This document shows, piece after piece, positions 1 through 11,800 of a DNA stretch of 64,000 nt; the first letter of the stretch is position 1; each line of letters opens with the position of its first letter. Source of the stretch: Octopus sinensis. Its lineage: Eukaryota. Location of the stretch: the NCBI RefSeq assembly GCF_006345805.1, contig NC_043001.1:118606001-118670000 (forward strand), written 5' to 3'. The notes under the pieces were generated by a model that was not told the origin of the DNA, ran no database searches, and saw only the letters and a list, made by a program, of their open reading frames with translations. The position numbers and the translations under genes were made by a program.

Positions 1-75
1 TAAATTTTGTTGTTTTGTGATTTATTTGGTGTCAGTCATCGGAAAGAAGGGAGAGCTTATGTTGTTGTTGGTGGT

Positions 76-217
76 GGTAGTGGTGGTTATGGTAGTGACA
101 ATAGTGCTGATGGTGGTGGCGGTAGTGGTGGTTATGGTAGTGACAATAGTGCTGATGGCGGTGGCGGTAGTGGTGGTTATGGTAGTGACAATAGTGCTGA
201 TGGCGGTGGCGGTAGTG
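76..217 (+). repeat. 45-bp tandem repeat (3 copies) within GGT/AGT low-complexity tract
   Basis: ggtagtggtggttatggtagtgacaatagtgctgatgg(t/c)ggtggc at 76-120, 121-165 and 166-210. Confidence 0.9.
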
Positions 218-673
218 ATTTTAGTGGTGGTGGTGGTGGTCTTAATACTGTTGCAGTTGGTGGTGGTAGTCGTAATGGGAGCTATGGTGACAGCGGTGAT
301 AGTAGTGATAGTGGTTGTCATGGTAGTAGTAGAGGTGGTTGGCAGCGCCCATGCCACTGTATGTACATTCTGAGCGGACTTTTTTTAAAGAAAATTTACT
401 CCCCAGCAAAATGATACATTTTCTTTATAACAATTCTCTTCTTGCATGACCATAAGATATGATTTGGATGTAATTTGTTTTCAAATCTAATAATATATAT
501 TTACTGAGGAGAAATAAAGGTTAAGTCATGTTGAGGTCCTATTGTGTTTAGAAATAGTTAGTCTAAAGCAGAAGTAGAGACCCCTTTTAAGTTGTAAACC
601 CATATTGAGGTTAACTGACACTGACAAGGCTACGTTCTCTAAGCAATTTTATACAGCTAAACCTACATAAATC

Positions 674-678
674 TGTCA

Positions 679-732
<54 letters not shown>

Positions 733-852
733 ATGTATGTATGTATGTATGTATGTATGTATGTATGTATGTATGTATGTGCGTATGTATGTATGTATGT
801 ATGTATGTGTGAATGTATGTATGTGTGAATGTATGTATGTATGTATGTATGT
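674..852 (+). repeat. Compound (TCTG)n(TATG)n microsatellite
   Basis: Direct reading. Confidence 0.95.
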
Positions 853-938
853 AGGTGCAAGTCAAATACAGTTCTGGGTTGTGTTAAGCTGGCATTCCTC
901 AGGAAAATGGTCAAACGCACATTTTAAAATGGACATCT

Positions 939-1148
939 GCGGAGCTGGCAGAATCGTTAGCACGCCGGGCAAAATGCCTTTCGGCATTTCGTCCGTCTTT
1001 ACGTTCTGCGTTCAATTTCTTCTGAGGTCCACTTTGCCTTTCATCCTTTCGGGGTCGATAAAATAAGTACCAGTTGATTACTGGGGGTCAATGTAATCGA
1101 CTTACCCCTCCTCCGAAATTGCTGGCCTTGTGTCAAAATTTGAAACCA
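939..1148 (+). mobile_element. tRNA-derived SINE, high-copy family
   Basis: ggagctggcagaatcgttagcacg...cgttctgcgttcaattt...actttgcctttcatcctttcggggtcgataaaataagtaccag...aaattgctggccttgtg. Diverged copies recur at about 4230-4400, 19630-20170, 27620-27740, 27810-27930 and several other sites. Confidence 0.75.
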
Positions 1149-1380
1149 ATTTTTGATGTTACCATCTTGTATGCATGCATGTATGTATTATGTAAATGTA
1201 TGTATGTATGTATGTATGTATGTATGTATGTATGTATGTATGTATGTGCAAAGCAATTCACGAATGAAAATATAATAAACAAACATGTATAAAAACCACG
1301 CATAAACACTCAGACGCACTCAAATACACCCATCAACAAAATCTCAACAAAGACTTTGTATTGATGTGTTGTTTTTACAG

Positions 1381-1574
1381 GGGAACATCCGACAGTCAAC
1401 CAAACAGCTGAACATTTTGCGCGGAAATTTGTAACGAATCGCCGTCACATGACCTATTCAACCTACACGGAGTCGATGGGAAGAATCTTGCCTCGAGATC
1501 TCCTAATCATCATGGACTCTTCCGGAAGTGTCTCCCCGGCAGAATTTCAACAGAGCAAGCAAGCTATGGCAGAA
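1381..1574 (+). CDS. vWA-domain protein, first exon visible in window (5' part of gene not identified)
   Basis: Acceptor ttttacag ends at 1380 and donor GAA|gtaaga starts at 1575 (phase 0). Reads ...EHPTVNQTAEHFARKFVTNRRHMTYSTYTESMGRILPRDLLIIMDSSGSVSPAEFQQSKQAMAE, containing the vWA beta-A strand and MIDAS DxSxS (DSSGS). Proposed join: 1381-1574, 3813-4035, 5095-5393. Confidence 0.85.
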
Positions 1575-1715
1575 GTAAGATCCACTAATTATTTATTTAT
1601 TTATTCATTTATTTATTTATTTATTTATTTATTTATCAGAATTGAAGAGTAACTTAGGAAGTATATTTCTACTATTTCAGATAATATCGGGAATTATGGC
1701 ATATATATCTTTAAC

Positions 1716-2095
1716 CTTTTACCTGTTTCAGTCATTGGACTGCGACCATGCTGGAGCACCGCCATGAAGGGTCTTGGTCGAACGAATCTACCCCAGTATT
1801 TGTTATTTTCTAAAGCCTGATACTTATCCTATCGGTTTATTTTGCCAAACCGTTAAGGGTCTGCAAACAAACCGACACCGGCTGTCAAGCGATGGTGAGG
1901 ACAAGCACAAAGACACACGCACACATTCATGTATGACAGTTTTCTTTTGGCTTCCATCTATCAAATCCATTCACAAGGCCATGGTCGGCTCGAGACAATA
2001 GTAGAAGACACTTGCCCAAGGTGCCACGCAGTGGGACTGAACCAGGAACCAAGTGGCTGGGAAGCAGACTCATTAAACTGCTACACCTGCGCCAT
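1716..2095 (-). mobile_element. Two adjacent SINE-family copies (families recurring throughout the window)
   Basis: 1716-1925 matches 54240-54430 and 56486-56690. 1940-2095 matches 54468-54625, 51170-51310 and 53060-53190. Confidence 0.7.
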
Positions 2096-3425
2096 CAATC
2101 TTACCTTTTATCAATTTTCTTGGTGCTTATACAAATTGATGAAATGAATTCTAATTTTCAAAAGAAAAATATTCTTTATCTCAGAACAGAATTAAATAGA
2201 AGAAACTAAGAAAAAATCATCAAGTTCTTGTTGACAGATGTCTTATTATACTAAATTGTTCAAGAACTCCGATAACTATTTTGTCATTTACTCCCTTTCT
2301 CTACCCCCACCTTTTTCTCCCTCTCCTCCTCTGATTCTCTTCCTCCCTCTATGATTCTCTCTCACTGCGTTTATAGTGTTCCTTTATTCATTGCCTGCCA
2401 CTAAGCCTCGCATGTGCAATCATCCTGCGCCTCTTATGTTAATTCTCTCTGTATCCCTTTTTTGCTCTTTCTTCCACTCTCTCTCAACACTTTGTAAATC
2501 GTGACTGTACAAATCAACTAACCGGGATCTATATCAGCCATTATTATATAGAATTTTTTATATTTATTTTCCCGTTTATTGTGTAGATCAATATTTCATC
2601 TAATTGCTCAGCTACGCATTCTAACATAACACTATTTTTTAACCGGTGGCGTTGCCCAAAACCTACAAACACAACTTACACACGCGTGCGTGTGCGTGTG
2701 CGTGTCTTGACTGTGATAATACATAGCATATTTCTTGAATGATTTTGATATAAAAAAGGAGGGCGAGTTCCTGATAGCCCGTTTTATGATTAGTTGATCG
2801 TGTCTGTCTGTCTGTCTAATCGTTGAGCACTTTTGTTACTCCGTTTGGATGAATTATAATATGCGTGGTTACCCTGGCTATTCAATTTCTCTTCCAATTG
2901 ATTTCATATTAGGTGTAATGATGTAGCTTTGTATACTAATCATAGACATGAAATTCATTTTCACCATAAATCATAAATAAAGAGTTGATAGCTTTTAAAG
3001 TTTGCGAAATTTGGGTAATTTTAGCCAATGGTAAGCTACAGACACCTTCATGCCTGTTTCCATCGTAACAGGAAAGATCCCTTTTTCTTTCTCTCCACCA
3101 CTCTCTCGTCTTGTTTCTTTTCTTTCTTTTCTTTGTTGGCAGATGTATTGTCATACCAAACTGTCTGTCCAACAGTTGTCTAACATTAAGTCGAGTATTA
3201 GTAACTGGATGCATAACCTTCTACCACCACCAAAAAAAAAAACACACACACAAGACATTGATACCTGAAAATATGCTATTATCACTATGTAACTAAACAA
3301 ACCAACGGATTGGAAGAGCGACGGAGACATAATTTGCAGAATCCCATCGACGCCAACTTTGCCTTTTATCGATAAAATTAAAATACGACCTGAATTAATT
3401 TAACTGATTTCAGGCCTTGCACATA

Positions 3426-3660
3426 CACGGGTGGGTAAAAGTAGGTATACAGTTGCTTAAGAGGGTGGAATGTTATTTTCACTTCCCCTTTTCTTTTAAA
3501 CCTAAGTGATTTATGAGTCGACTAAGGGATCTGCTAGTGATGCCTAATTCATTAGAATCCCTCTTTTTCTAAAATCCTTATCCTAAAAAAAAAGAAATAA
3601 AGAAATGAAAAGAACCTTCCACTCATTAAGCAACTATATACCTACTTTTGCCCAACCCTG
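3426..3660. mobile_element. Tc1/mariner-type MITE, about 235 bp, in vWA intron
   Basis: TIRs cacgggtgggtaaaagtaggtatacagttgcttaa and (rc) cagggttgggcaaaagtaggtatatagttgcttaa, flanked by TA on both sides. Confidence 0.8.
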
Positions 3661-3812
3661 TACATTAAAAGAAATTATAACAAAATAGTTCTAAAATGAA
3701 AAGTGAATATATTGTTTTAATGGCTATATATATATGTGTGCGTGTGTGTGTATAAATATATAAATGGTTCTCTTTCTTTTCTTTTTTCTGCTGCTTTTGA
3801 CCTTCCGTAAAG

Positions 3813-4035
3813 GTGATTAAAATCATATGTGGAGACGTTGGTCAGTCGTTTCAAGACAATCGCATTGCTGCTATTCATTATTCCGATTTCGTTTACGAAG
3901 ATTTCCCTTTCAACAAAAGCTATCTGGAGGAAGAAGTTGCTTACAACATACGACAGATACCAAAACACAGTGGCTCCACCTGCACTGGAGATGCATTTAA
4001 TTACGCAAGGGTCGTTATGCTGAAACCCGAGAAAG
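3813..4035 (+). CDS. vWA-domain protein, middle exon
   Basis: Acceptor ccgtaaag ends at 3812 and donor AAAG|gtaat starts at 4036 (phase 1). Reads VIKIICGDVGQSFQDNRIAAIHYSD...IPKHSGSTCTGDAFNYARVVMLKPEK, with the MIDAS Thr in the vWA-typical GxTxTGxA motif. Confidence 0.88.
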
Positions 4036-5094
4036 GTAATATGGATTTATTTTGGGTTTGGCAGAAGAAAAGATTTGGTATTTAACGAAAAACGGGATGG
4101 GGACGAGGAAGAAAAATTGTGTCATTCTCCCAAGTGAAGTAAAATGCCTTCAGTTAAAAACAAAGCCATATCATGGACTTTGAAGTGGGCGGGTAAAGAA
4201 AAAAGAATATCCCTTGTTCTAAGATACTTGACAAAGGTAATATTACATTGAAACATTCGTTACATTCTGAGTTCAAATTCCATTGAAGTCAACTTTGAGT
4301 TTTATCTTTCTGGGAGTTCATAAAATAAGGTCCTAGTGAAGTACTGGGATCGACATAATCAAGTGTTCCCCACCAAATTTCTGGCCTTGCACCCATGTAA
4401 AGAATCAATATATTGGTATGAGGCCATATATTTATAGAGGAGGATAAACCGATTGAATCTGTCTCCCTGTTTATTGATTTAGTATTTAGAAATGTTAAAA
4501 TTAACTTCCAGCGGATTTCAGTTGTAAAAGAACAAAATTAAAAATACTGTAAGGTATTTCGTCTGACAAAATGTATAAATCAAAAGCATGACCGTCACAA
4601 CTTCCTATTTCGCTTTCCTTAATGATCTCAAACTACATATCTATATAATAGACATATAAATAATGCTTATAGAATTATATGAAGGATTATTAGCTAATTG
4701 TATTTATCTTCGTGAACCCTGTTTATCCCTTTATCCCTTCGTGAACCCTATTTATCCCTTGTTTTATGGCATTAAATGATTGAGAGACAATCAACAATCG
4801 CAGGTGATCTTTCTAACGGGAAGAATTAAACTCAGAACTGCAAAGCAACAGATCACAGATCAGAGTTTTACTGTGCAGCAGTTTCTTCTCACTGACTTAT
4901 CTACTTCTACCTTTGTTGATTTGAATTAACTCGCTGCATATCTAAATGTTACAGCTGCACCTGAAATACCGATCTCTTCTTCTCATTCTATTCCTCAGTC
5001 CTTTTTTTTTTATTTTCTATCATTAAATTCTTCCTAAATTTCATCCGCTATTCAGCCTTTCACTATTTTTTTTTCATCCAATTAAATCACACAG

Positions 5095-5393
5095 GTATGC
5101 GACCTGATTCCCAGTCCATCAAGGATGTCCTGATACTAACTGATGGTAATTCGAATTGTGGATCTAAAGTAAAGATTGCTGCAGACCGACTGAAGAAGGT
5201 GGCCAACGTTTATGCTCTGGCGATTGGTATGTGGCAGAAACAGAGAAGCGAAATCAAATCTTATGCTTCAAGCCCAGCAGAAGACCATTTATTTTCATTG
5301 AAATACTTCAGTGATCTTCCGGACTTTATGGAAGGTGTCCGTACTTACAGTCAACAAGTTTATTGCGTTCCATTCTTTGGACAGATGGTGTAA
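5095..5393 (+). CDS. vWA-domain protein, last coding exon
   Basis: Acceptor cacacag ends at 5094 and G+GT completes Gly. Reads MRPDSQSIKDVLILTDGNSNCG...VYALAIG...HLFSLKYFSDL...CVPFFGQMV*. LILTDG is the vWA beta-D/MIDAS Asp motif. TAA at 5391-5393. Confidence 0.88.
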
Positions 5394-5746
5394 CAGTAAT
5401 GGTAGGAAGAGAGGCGATTCTAGTAGTAAAGGTAATAGTGGCAACAGCAGCTATAGACGCATCAGCAGCATCAGCAATATTAGTATTAGTATGAGTAACA
5501 TGACCAGCTTACATAACATCAAGTTTCTCTAGCATACGTAAAATATAGGAGAGAACTGCACTAAAGCACACACACACACGCGCGCGCGCACGCACGCACA
5601 ACATCGTGAACTTAGGCTGGTCTAGTAGCCTGTTACTCTGGAGTTTCTCTGACTTGTGACTGGTTCATCAGACAGGAAAAAAAAGTAGACGGTAGGTAGA
5701 CATCTCGCTATAATGATGGCGATTTACATGTGTGTATATATATATG

Positions 5747-5803
<57 letters not shown>

Positions 5804-5804
<1 letters not shown>

Positions 5805-6188
5805 GGGTTCAGCTAATTGTTTCACCACATACCGAATTTAGAAATACAAGTTAAAATTTCTTTTCTGCTACTATAAAAATCTCCATGACGGTAAACATAC
5901 TTTTTTTACGAAGGCGAAGAGAAAAGCAATGAATCAACACGACCCGGATTAACTATATACGCGTTTCGAGATTAAATTGATTTAAATTTTACTTCTCTCT
6001 TCAGTATAGTATTTCCAATTAGAAAATTTGAAAGTGCTAGGGCTGAATATGCACACAATCGAGCGACAACATGTAACAGATATCCAACCAACACTTCTAA
6101 AAGTCATGGAGATTCTCATAGTAGCAGAAAAGGAATTTTAACTCCTATTTCTAAATTCGGTATGAGGTGAAGCAATTAGTTGAACCCT
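5804..6188. mobile_element. MITE with about 53-bp TIRs and apparent AATT target duplication
   Basis: agggttcagctaattgtttcaccacataccgaatttagaaatacaagttaaaa versus rc of right end agggttcaactaattgcttcacctcataccgaatttagaaataggagttaaaa. aatt at 5800-5803 and 6189-6192. Confidence 0.75.
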
Positions 6189-6453
6189 AATTATAATTAT
6201 CTGGATAATTTTACCTATAAAGGTTATTTTAACGTACTCATCTACTTGGTAAAATTATTGATTAATTGATTGATTAATTTATTAATTAAATCAATAAATT
6301 TTACCCTTTTATTATTAATTTAAAATTATATATATATATTTACACACACACACACACACACATACACATATATATATATACACACACACATATATATATT
6401 TACATATATATATATATATACATACACACACATACACACACAAACACACACAC

Positions 6454-6493
<40 letters not shown>

Positions 6494-7658
6494 TTATATA
6501 CGTATAAATATGTATGTATGCCTATATACATATTAATGCAAGGAAGGTAGAGTTGTAGACACGGCAGAGCTCGAATAATGCATTGCAATACCAAGTTACG
6601 TCCCTTGCCATTCTGTGGCCAACTCCAATCAAGATCGACTTTTTCTTCCCACCTGAGTCGATGCAATTTCCTTCGAAAAGTTGCTTTGTTTCCATATCAT
6701 ACATTTATGTGCATTCTAATATAAGGTAGACAGAGGAGTAGAAACCCCAGAGATCTGAACTGAATGGCTTGTAATGTTTATATGCGTCTGCTTTACTATC
6801 TCATTTGAAACCGTTATGAAAATTTCTTTGATTATTTAAGGGCTGCTAAAATAAGTATCTGTAATGTATTGAAATAGATCCATTTAGGTTTATATTTTCG
6901 CTTCCAATGTGTACCCTTGTGCAAAGTTGGAAATATATAATGCCTGGTTTACATTTAAAAAGACTTACATACCAGAGATTGATAAAAACGAAAATAAATT
7001 GATATCTAATACGGATTATAAACGCCTAGGAAACTTCACGTTGACACACGCACGCGTCTCGGCAGTAACTATGAACATTTTCTTTTCACAAAAGCATTCC
7101 TTATATCTATACAGAAAAAAAAAATAGAAAGAAAGAAAAAAAAAAGGTTGGTTGTAGACCGACTGAAAAGGGTGATCAATGTGATTATTTTTGTGTGGCT
7201 GAAGCCGCACAGTGAGATGAAAAACCTATAAAACCTATTATTGAATATTAAATAAACCAGAATAAATATATTGCTTTCAGCTGTTTTATTATTTACTGTA
7301 AAATTCTATGTATAATTTGCACTTTTTATTTCACCCTATTTAAAGTTAAAATTGCGGGTGCGCTGGTTGCGTAAAATACATTTTAGATTGAAGAGCTTTT
7401 CTCACCGGTATTTTCAAGAAAAACAAATAACAATTGTAATGAAGTTGTATTGCTTTTTAGGGATAATAATAATAATAATAATGTATTAATATAATTCTAT
7501 TTTGGAACGGTGAATCTTGAAGCAGATAAAGCTATAAATGATAGCGTGTAATATTGGATTAGAAACCTTTTGGATAGAGAAACTCGAAGGTAGAACGCCT
7601 GCCATGTTTGCAGGGAAACGTAGATCTCATGAACACCCTTCAGCTTTTGCTATTCAAA

Positions 7659-7731
<73 letters not shown>

Positions 7732-7740
7732 CACACATAT

Positions 7741-8880
7741 ACCAGGCTGAGTAAAAAGTTAGCAACGTTTTGAAACATGAAATTCATCTCAATGTATTTC
7801 AACAATGCGGAAATTTTATTCATCAAAGTAACTACCATTACAATCAACACATATTTGCCAACGAGTTACAAGTTAGTTTATTCCGGTAACATAAAATCTG
7901 GAGTTCTGGAACTGATGAACTCTTTGAACACACTTTCAGCATCGGTTTGATTTTTGAACTCCTTGTCTCACAGGAAACCATCAAGGTGCTTGAAAAAGTG
8001 GTAGGAGAAAGGTCTGAAGAATAAATTGGGTGGGGAAGAACTTCGTAGCCAAGTTTGCCTCGACTTCTGGAGCGTCATTAGTGAATCGTGTGGTCAAGCA
8101 TTGTCATGAAGAATGATTGGTCCTCTTCCACTGACCAAACGGAGGAGTAGCAATTTTTCGCTTATTTTATCAATTTCATGGCAATATATTTCTGCAGTAA
8201 TGGTTTTTCCAGGTTTTAAGAAGTTATAGTGAATGAGTCCAGCAGAACACCACCAACCAGTCACCTTAACCGTCTTTTTGAAGAGCTTGGGGTTAGGGAA
8301 GGTTTTCGGTGCTTCGTTTTGGTCCAACCACTGCAAAGAAGGCTTTTTTTATTAAAAAAAAAAGAAGAAAAAACGTTTTTTACAGAATGTACAGAATATA
8401 CTTTTCATCGCAAGTTACAATACGGTCGAGAAATGGATCGGTCTGATTACGGAGAAGAAGCGACAAGCAAATTTCATATCTGCGCATTTTCTGATTTTCA
8501 CTCAAATCATGTGATACCCATTTGTCGAGCCTTTTTTTCTTCTTTGATTTTCCGATTACATGCAAATGGTTGCAAGCAGTTTTCTGGCTAACTTGAAGTT
8601 CTTTTGCCAGTTCTCGAGTGGTTTTACGTGGATCTTTCTCAATGACGGTCTTTGATTGACCGTCATTTATGACAAATGGGCGTCCACTACGCTCACGATC
8701 TTCAAGGCTCAGGTCTGTACTGCGAAATCGTTTAAACCATTTTCGAGCTGACCACACACCAAACGTTTCGTGGATTTCGAGGCCAGTTTCAGCTGCTTTA
8801 CGTCCTTTTTTGAAATTGAATAGCAAAATTGCTCGAATATCGCGCTTTAACAGTTCCATTCCAGATGATTGTAACAACGA
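7741..8880 (-). mobile_element. Degenerate mariner (Tc1/mariner, D,D34D-type) DNA transposon, transposase pseudogene 7812-8859
   Basis: Translation gives MELLKRDIRAILLFNFKKG...KWFKRF...LEDRERSGRP...WVSHDL...DRIVTCDEK, then ...IILHDNA*PH... and, after frameshifts, HPIYSSDLSP...HFFKHL...LVTRWQICVDCNGSYFDE*. Multiple stops and frameshifts. A matching 5' TIR was not found. Confidence 0.9.
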
Positions 8881-11800
8881 TTTATTTATTGTCCACAGGG
8901 GATCAAACATAGAGGGACGGTACAAATGAGGGAGGGGCTGATGGTACGTATGGTTTTTACACAGAGATGAAAAATTAAAAATTTATATAGATCGAATGAT
9001 TAACAAAACAAATACACAAGCAATGAAGTGGGGGATGGGTTTTGCTTCGACTCCTCAAGCCCCGTGCCACCACTGTAACCTTTAGTATAACCTTATGGAT
9101 ACACTATGCGGGTTCATTCATTCGCAACAAACTCGCCACAGCATTCCATCTTTTTCTATATACATCAGGTGACAGGCATTTTCTCTTCACCCTTATTTTC
9201 CTCTTAAGGTGGTAGATGAGGTAATGGACTAGTCCAAGGCTGGAGATGAATGTGCCTGTAATGATTCCTTTCACACGGGTCTTCTATACCGCTTCTTTCG
9301 CTATAGCGACAACAGCAAGGAAACAAGCCTTGCCTTTTTTGTTAAAAGAGGCAGGAAGAAAATCTTTACAATCGACTCGGAAGACAGTTGTACTCTTCCC
9401 AGCTGTGACACCGGATGTTCAATATAATCCCGCATCTCAGAGATTTTGGGGTATTGCACACTTGCATGCAGAACGGTTTCCCTGTCCTGCTCGCATCTTG
9501 GGCACGTGGGTGCGCAACGGGCACCATGCATTGTGTGTTTATCGCGAACTGGTAAGGCTCTTCAATAAAACTGCCAGACCAGGGATCCTTGGAAGTTGTC
9601 CCGCATGTCCTTCGAAACAAACCGGCTAGTTGGTCCCCATCGAAGCCTAGAGTCTCCCCCAGGAGGTCGGCACACTGAGCCTCTACTAACCCTCTATAGA
9701 AAGACAAGGTGGAACCCCGCCGCTGGCGTTGCCCGTGAGACAAAGAAGCCTGAGTGCCTCACAACACTCCGCTTGTCAATCATCTAACTTTGGTCTACAT
9801 TTGATCCAAGGTCCTAATTCACTCAAACTAGTAAGCTCAGGAAGTAACGACCGAACGAACGGAGACCACACCTATTCACCGTTAAGGTAGATCCACAGAT
9901 GCCTCAACCTCGGCGCATGTCAGCGCATCAATAGCCAAAGAATCCTTAGTCCACCCTTTAACGGTTGCTGGCAGCAGACAGAGCACTCTACAAGAGGACT
10001 TTTACCCCTCCACAAAAAGCGGAAGAGCAGCCGCTCCAACTTGCACAGAAGCGATAAACACTCCTGCAACCGCCGCCATTCCTTTCAGGAATAGTCACCG
10101 CTCAGACCAGGTCTGAGTTAGGTGGGTCACCCTGCTCGTCACCTCGCTCCAATTCTTCTCTCTCTGGAGGTCTGCACCAAACCAAAGCCCTAGTATTTTA
10201 ACCAGCCCCTCCGTCCAACGCCCTACGACATTGTTTAGAGGTATCGTCTTGCCTCTTCAGGTGCCGGGCTGCAAGCCGACTGACTTATCCTGGTTAACTT
10301 TTGCTCCTGCCACCGCAACCTAGATCGTGTGGGACGCCCCTCAAGCTCTCCAACTTCCGTAGTAAGGGCTCTAGAGCCAACACATACAGAAGGAGGGGGA
10401 GAGGAGACCCTTGACGAACAGAGCGCTTGATGTTGAACGGCTTCGAGAAGAACCCGTTCATCCGAACGATCGAGTCGATTTTGCTGTATAAAGCAATGAT
10501 TCACTCGCGGAAGACGGGGCAGAGCCCGAATTATGCGAGTACCGACACTAGAAACCGATGGTCAACCCTGTCGAAAGCTTTGGACTGGTCTAAATGGACC
10601 AGCATCCTACCCTCGCCAGGAGATCTGTTAACCCTCTCTAAGGTGTAGCGTAGAAGGTGGAGATTGTCGCGTATGGATCTTGCAGGAAAGGCACAAGTTT
10701 GTGCCTCCCCGACGATTCCACCCACGACACGCGCCAACCGTTTTGCATACACCTTGGCCAAAATCTTCAATTTTGTGTTAAGCAGAGTGATGGGCCTGAA
10801 ATTATCTATAATAATCCCCTTGTTTGGGTCCTTTCTAATTAGCGTCACCACTTCTCGGCTCACAGAGCTGTGTATAAACCCGTTCTGTTGCCAGTTGGTG
10901 AAGACGCATTCCAGTAGGTGCCCGAACAAGTCTGGCATACTCTTATAAAGCTTGTAATGGAGACCATGTAGTCCCGGTGACTTGTCCCGTCACAGTCCGA
11001 CAAAGCCTCTTGCACCTTCGCAGCTGTGATCGGCCCCTCACAGCACACCGATTGCTGCTCCGAGAGATGCGGCATGTCAGCGAAGAAGTCCGTGAGGTTC
11101 CTCCTACATTCCAACTCGCAGACCCTCCCATGAAGCAGGGCGAAATGCTCTTGAAAGACCTTACACATCTCTTCGGGTTCTTTTACCAAGTCTCCTTGAT
11201 TATTGATCAAAGACTTTATAGTGCCATTATTGTCACGTTGGGTCTCTATCACAGGGGCCCATCCTACGGCTTTGATTTCTTCCTGTCCCATTGCACGTTG
11301 CTTAGCTCTGACTACGCATCCTTCGCTTTTAGCCTCGAGGTGACGGTTAAGTGCCATTCTCGCAGCAAAATATTCGGCGCGCGAAGCCAGATTCCACTGC
11401 TTCGTCTAGGACCCTATCTGAAGCCCTTTTTACTCTATTTTTCTTAGCCACTAATTCTTTGCTATACTTTATAGACTCAAATTTTATGGCTCTTTTGAGG
11501 GCATACCACCATTTGTTGTTAATAATGGCACCACACAATGCCCTCATCACTAACTGTCTAATCCAACTCCTGTACTCCTCATGAGTCAAAAGCAACTTAT
11601 CGAATTTCCAATAGCCGAATCCCTGTCTACGTATCTAAATCCAGCCTACAGGTCATAAATCTGTGATCAATGTAGCTGATATGGTGAAATTGTGGACGAC
11701 TAACTAGGTTTTTGTCTATTTCCCTAATTAGAATCCTAGATGACCCATCGCTATTAGTCCATGTCCACAACGGAACATCTAGGACATTTAGTCTGTACCT

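Noticed and set aside
7-414. Gly-rich ORF with GGGGSGGYGSDNSAD repeats, superficially like cephalopod structural proteins
   Set aside because: Starts at TTG, has no signal peptide or clear splice context, and overlapping frames on both strands are equally open. Explained by GGT/AGT low complexity plus a 45-bp tandem repeat.
8860-8925. N-terminal 22 codons of the 181-aa ORF as part of the transposase
   Set aside because: They derive from the LINE 3' UTR and tail; transposase homology starts at the ATG at 8859.
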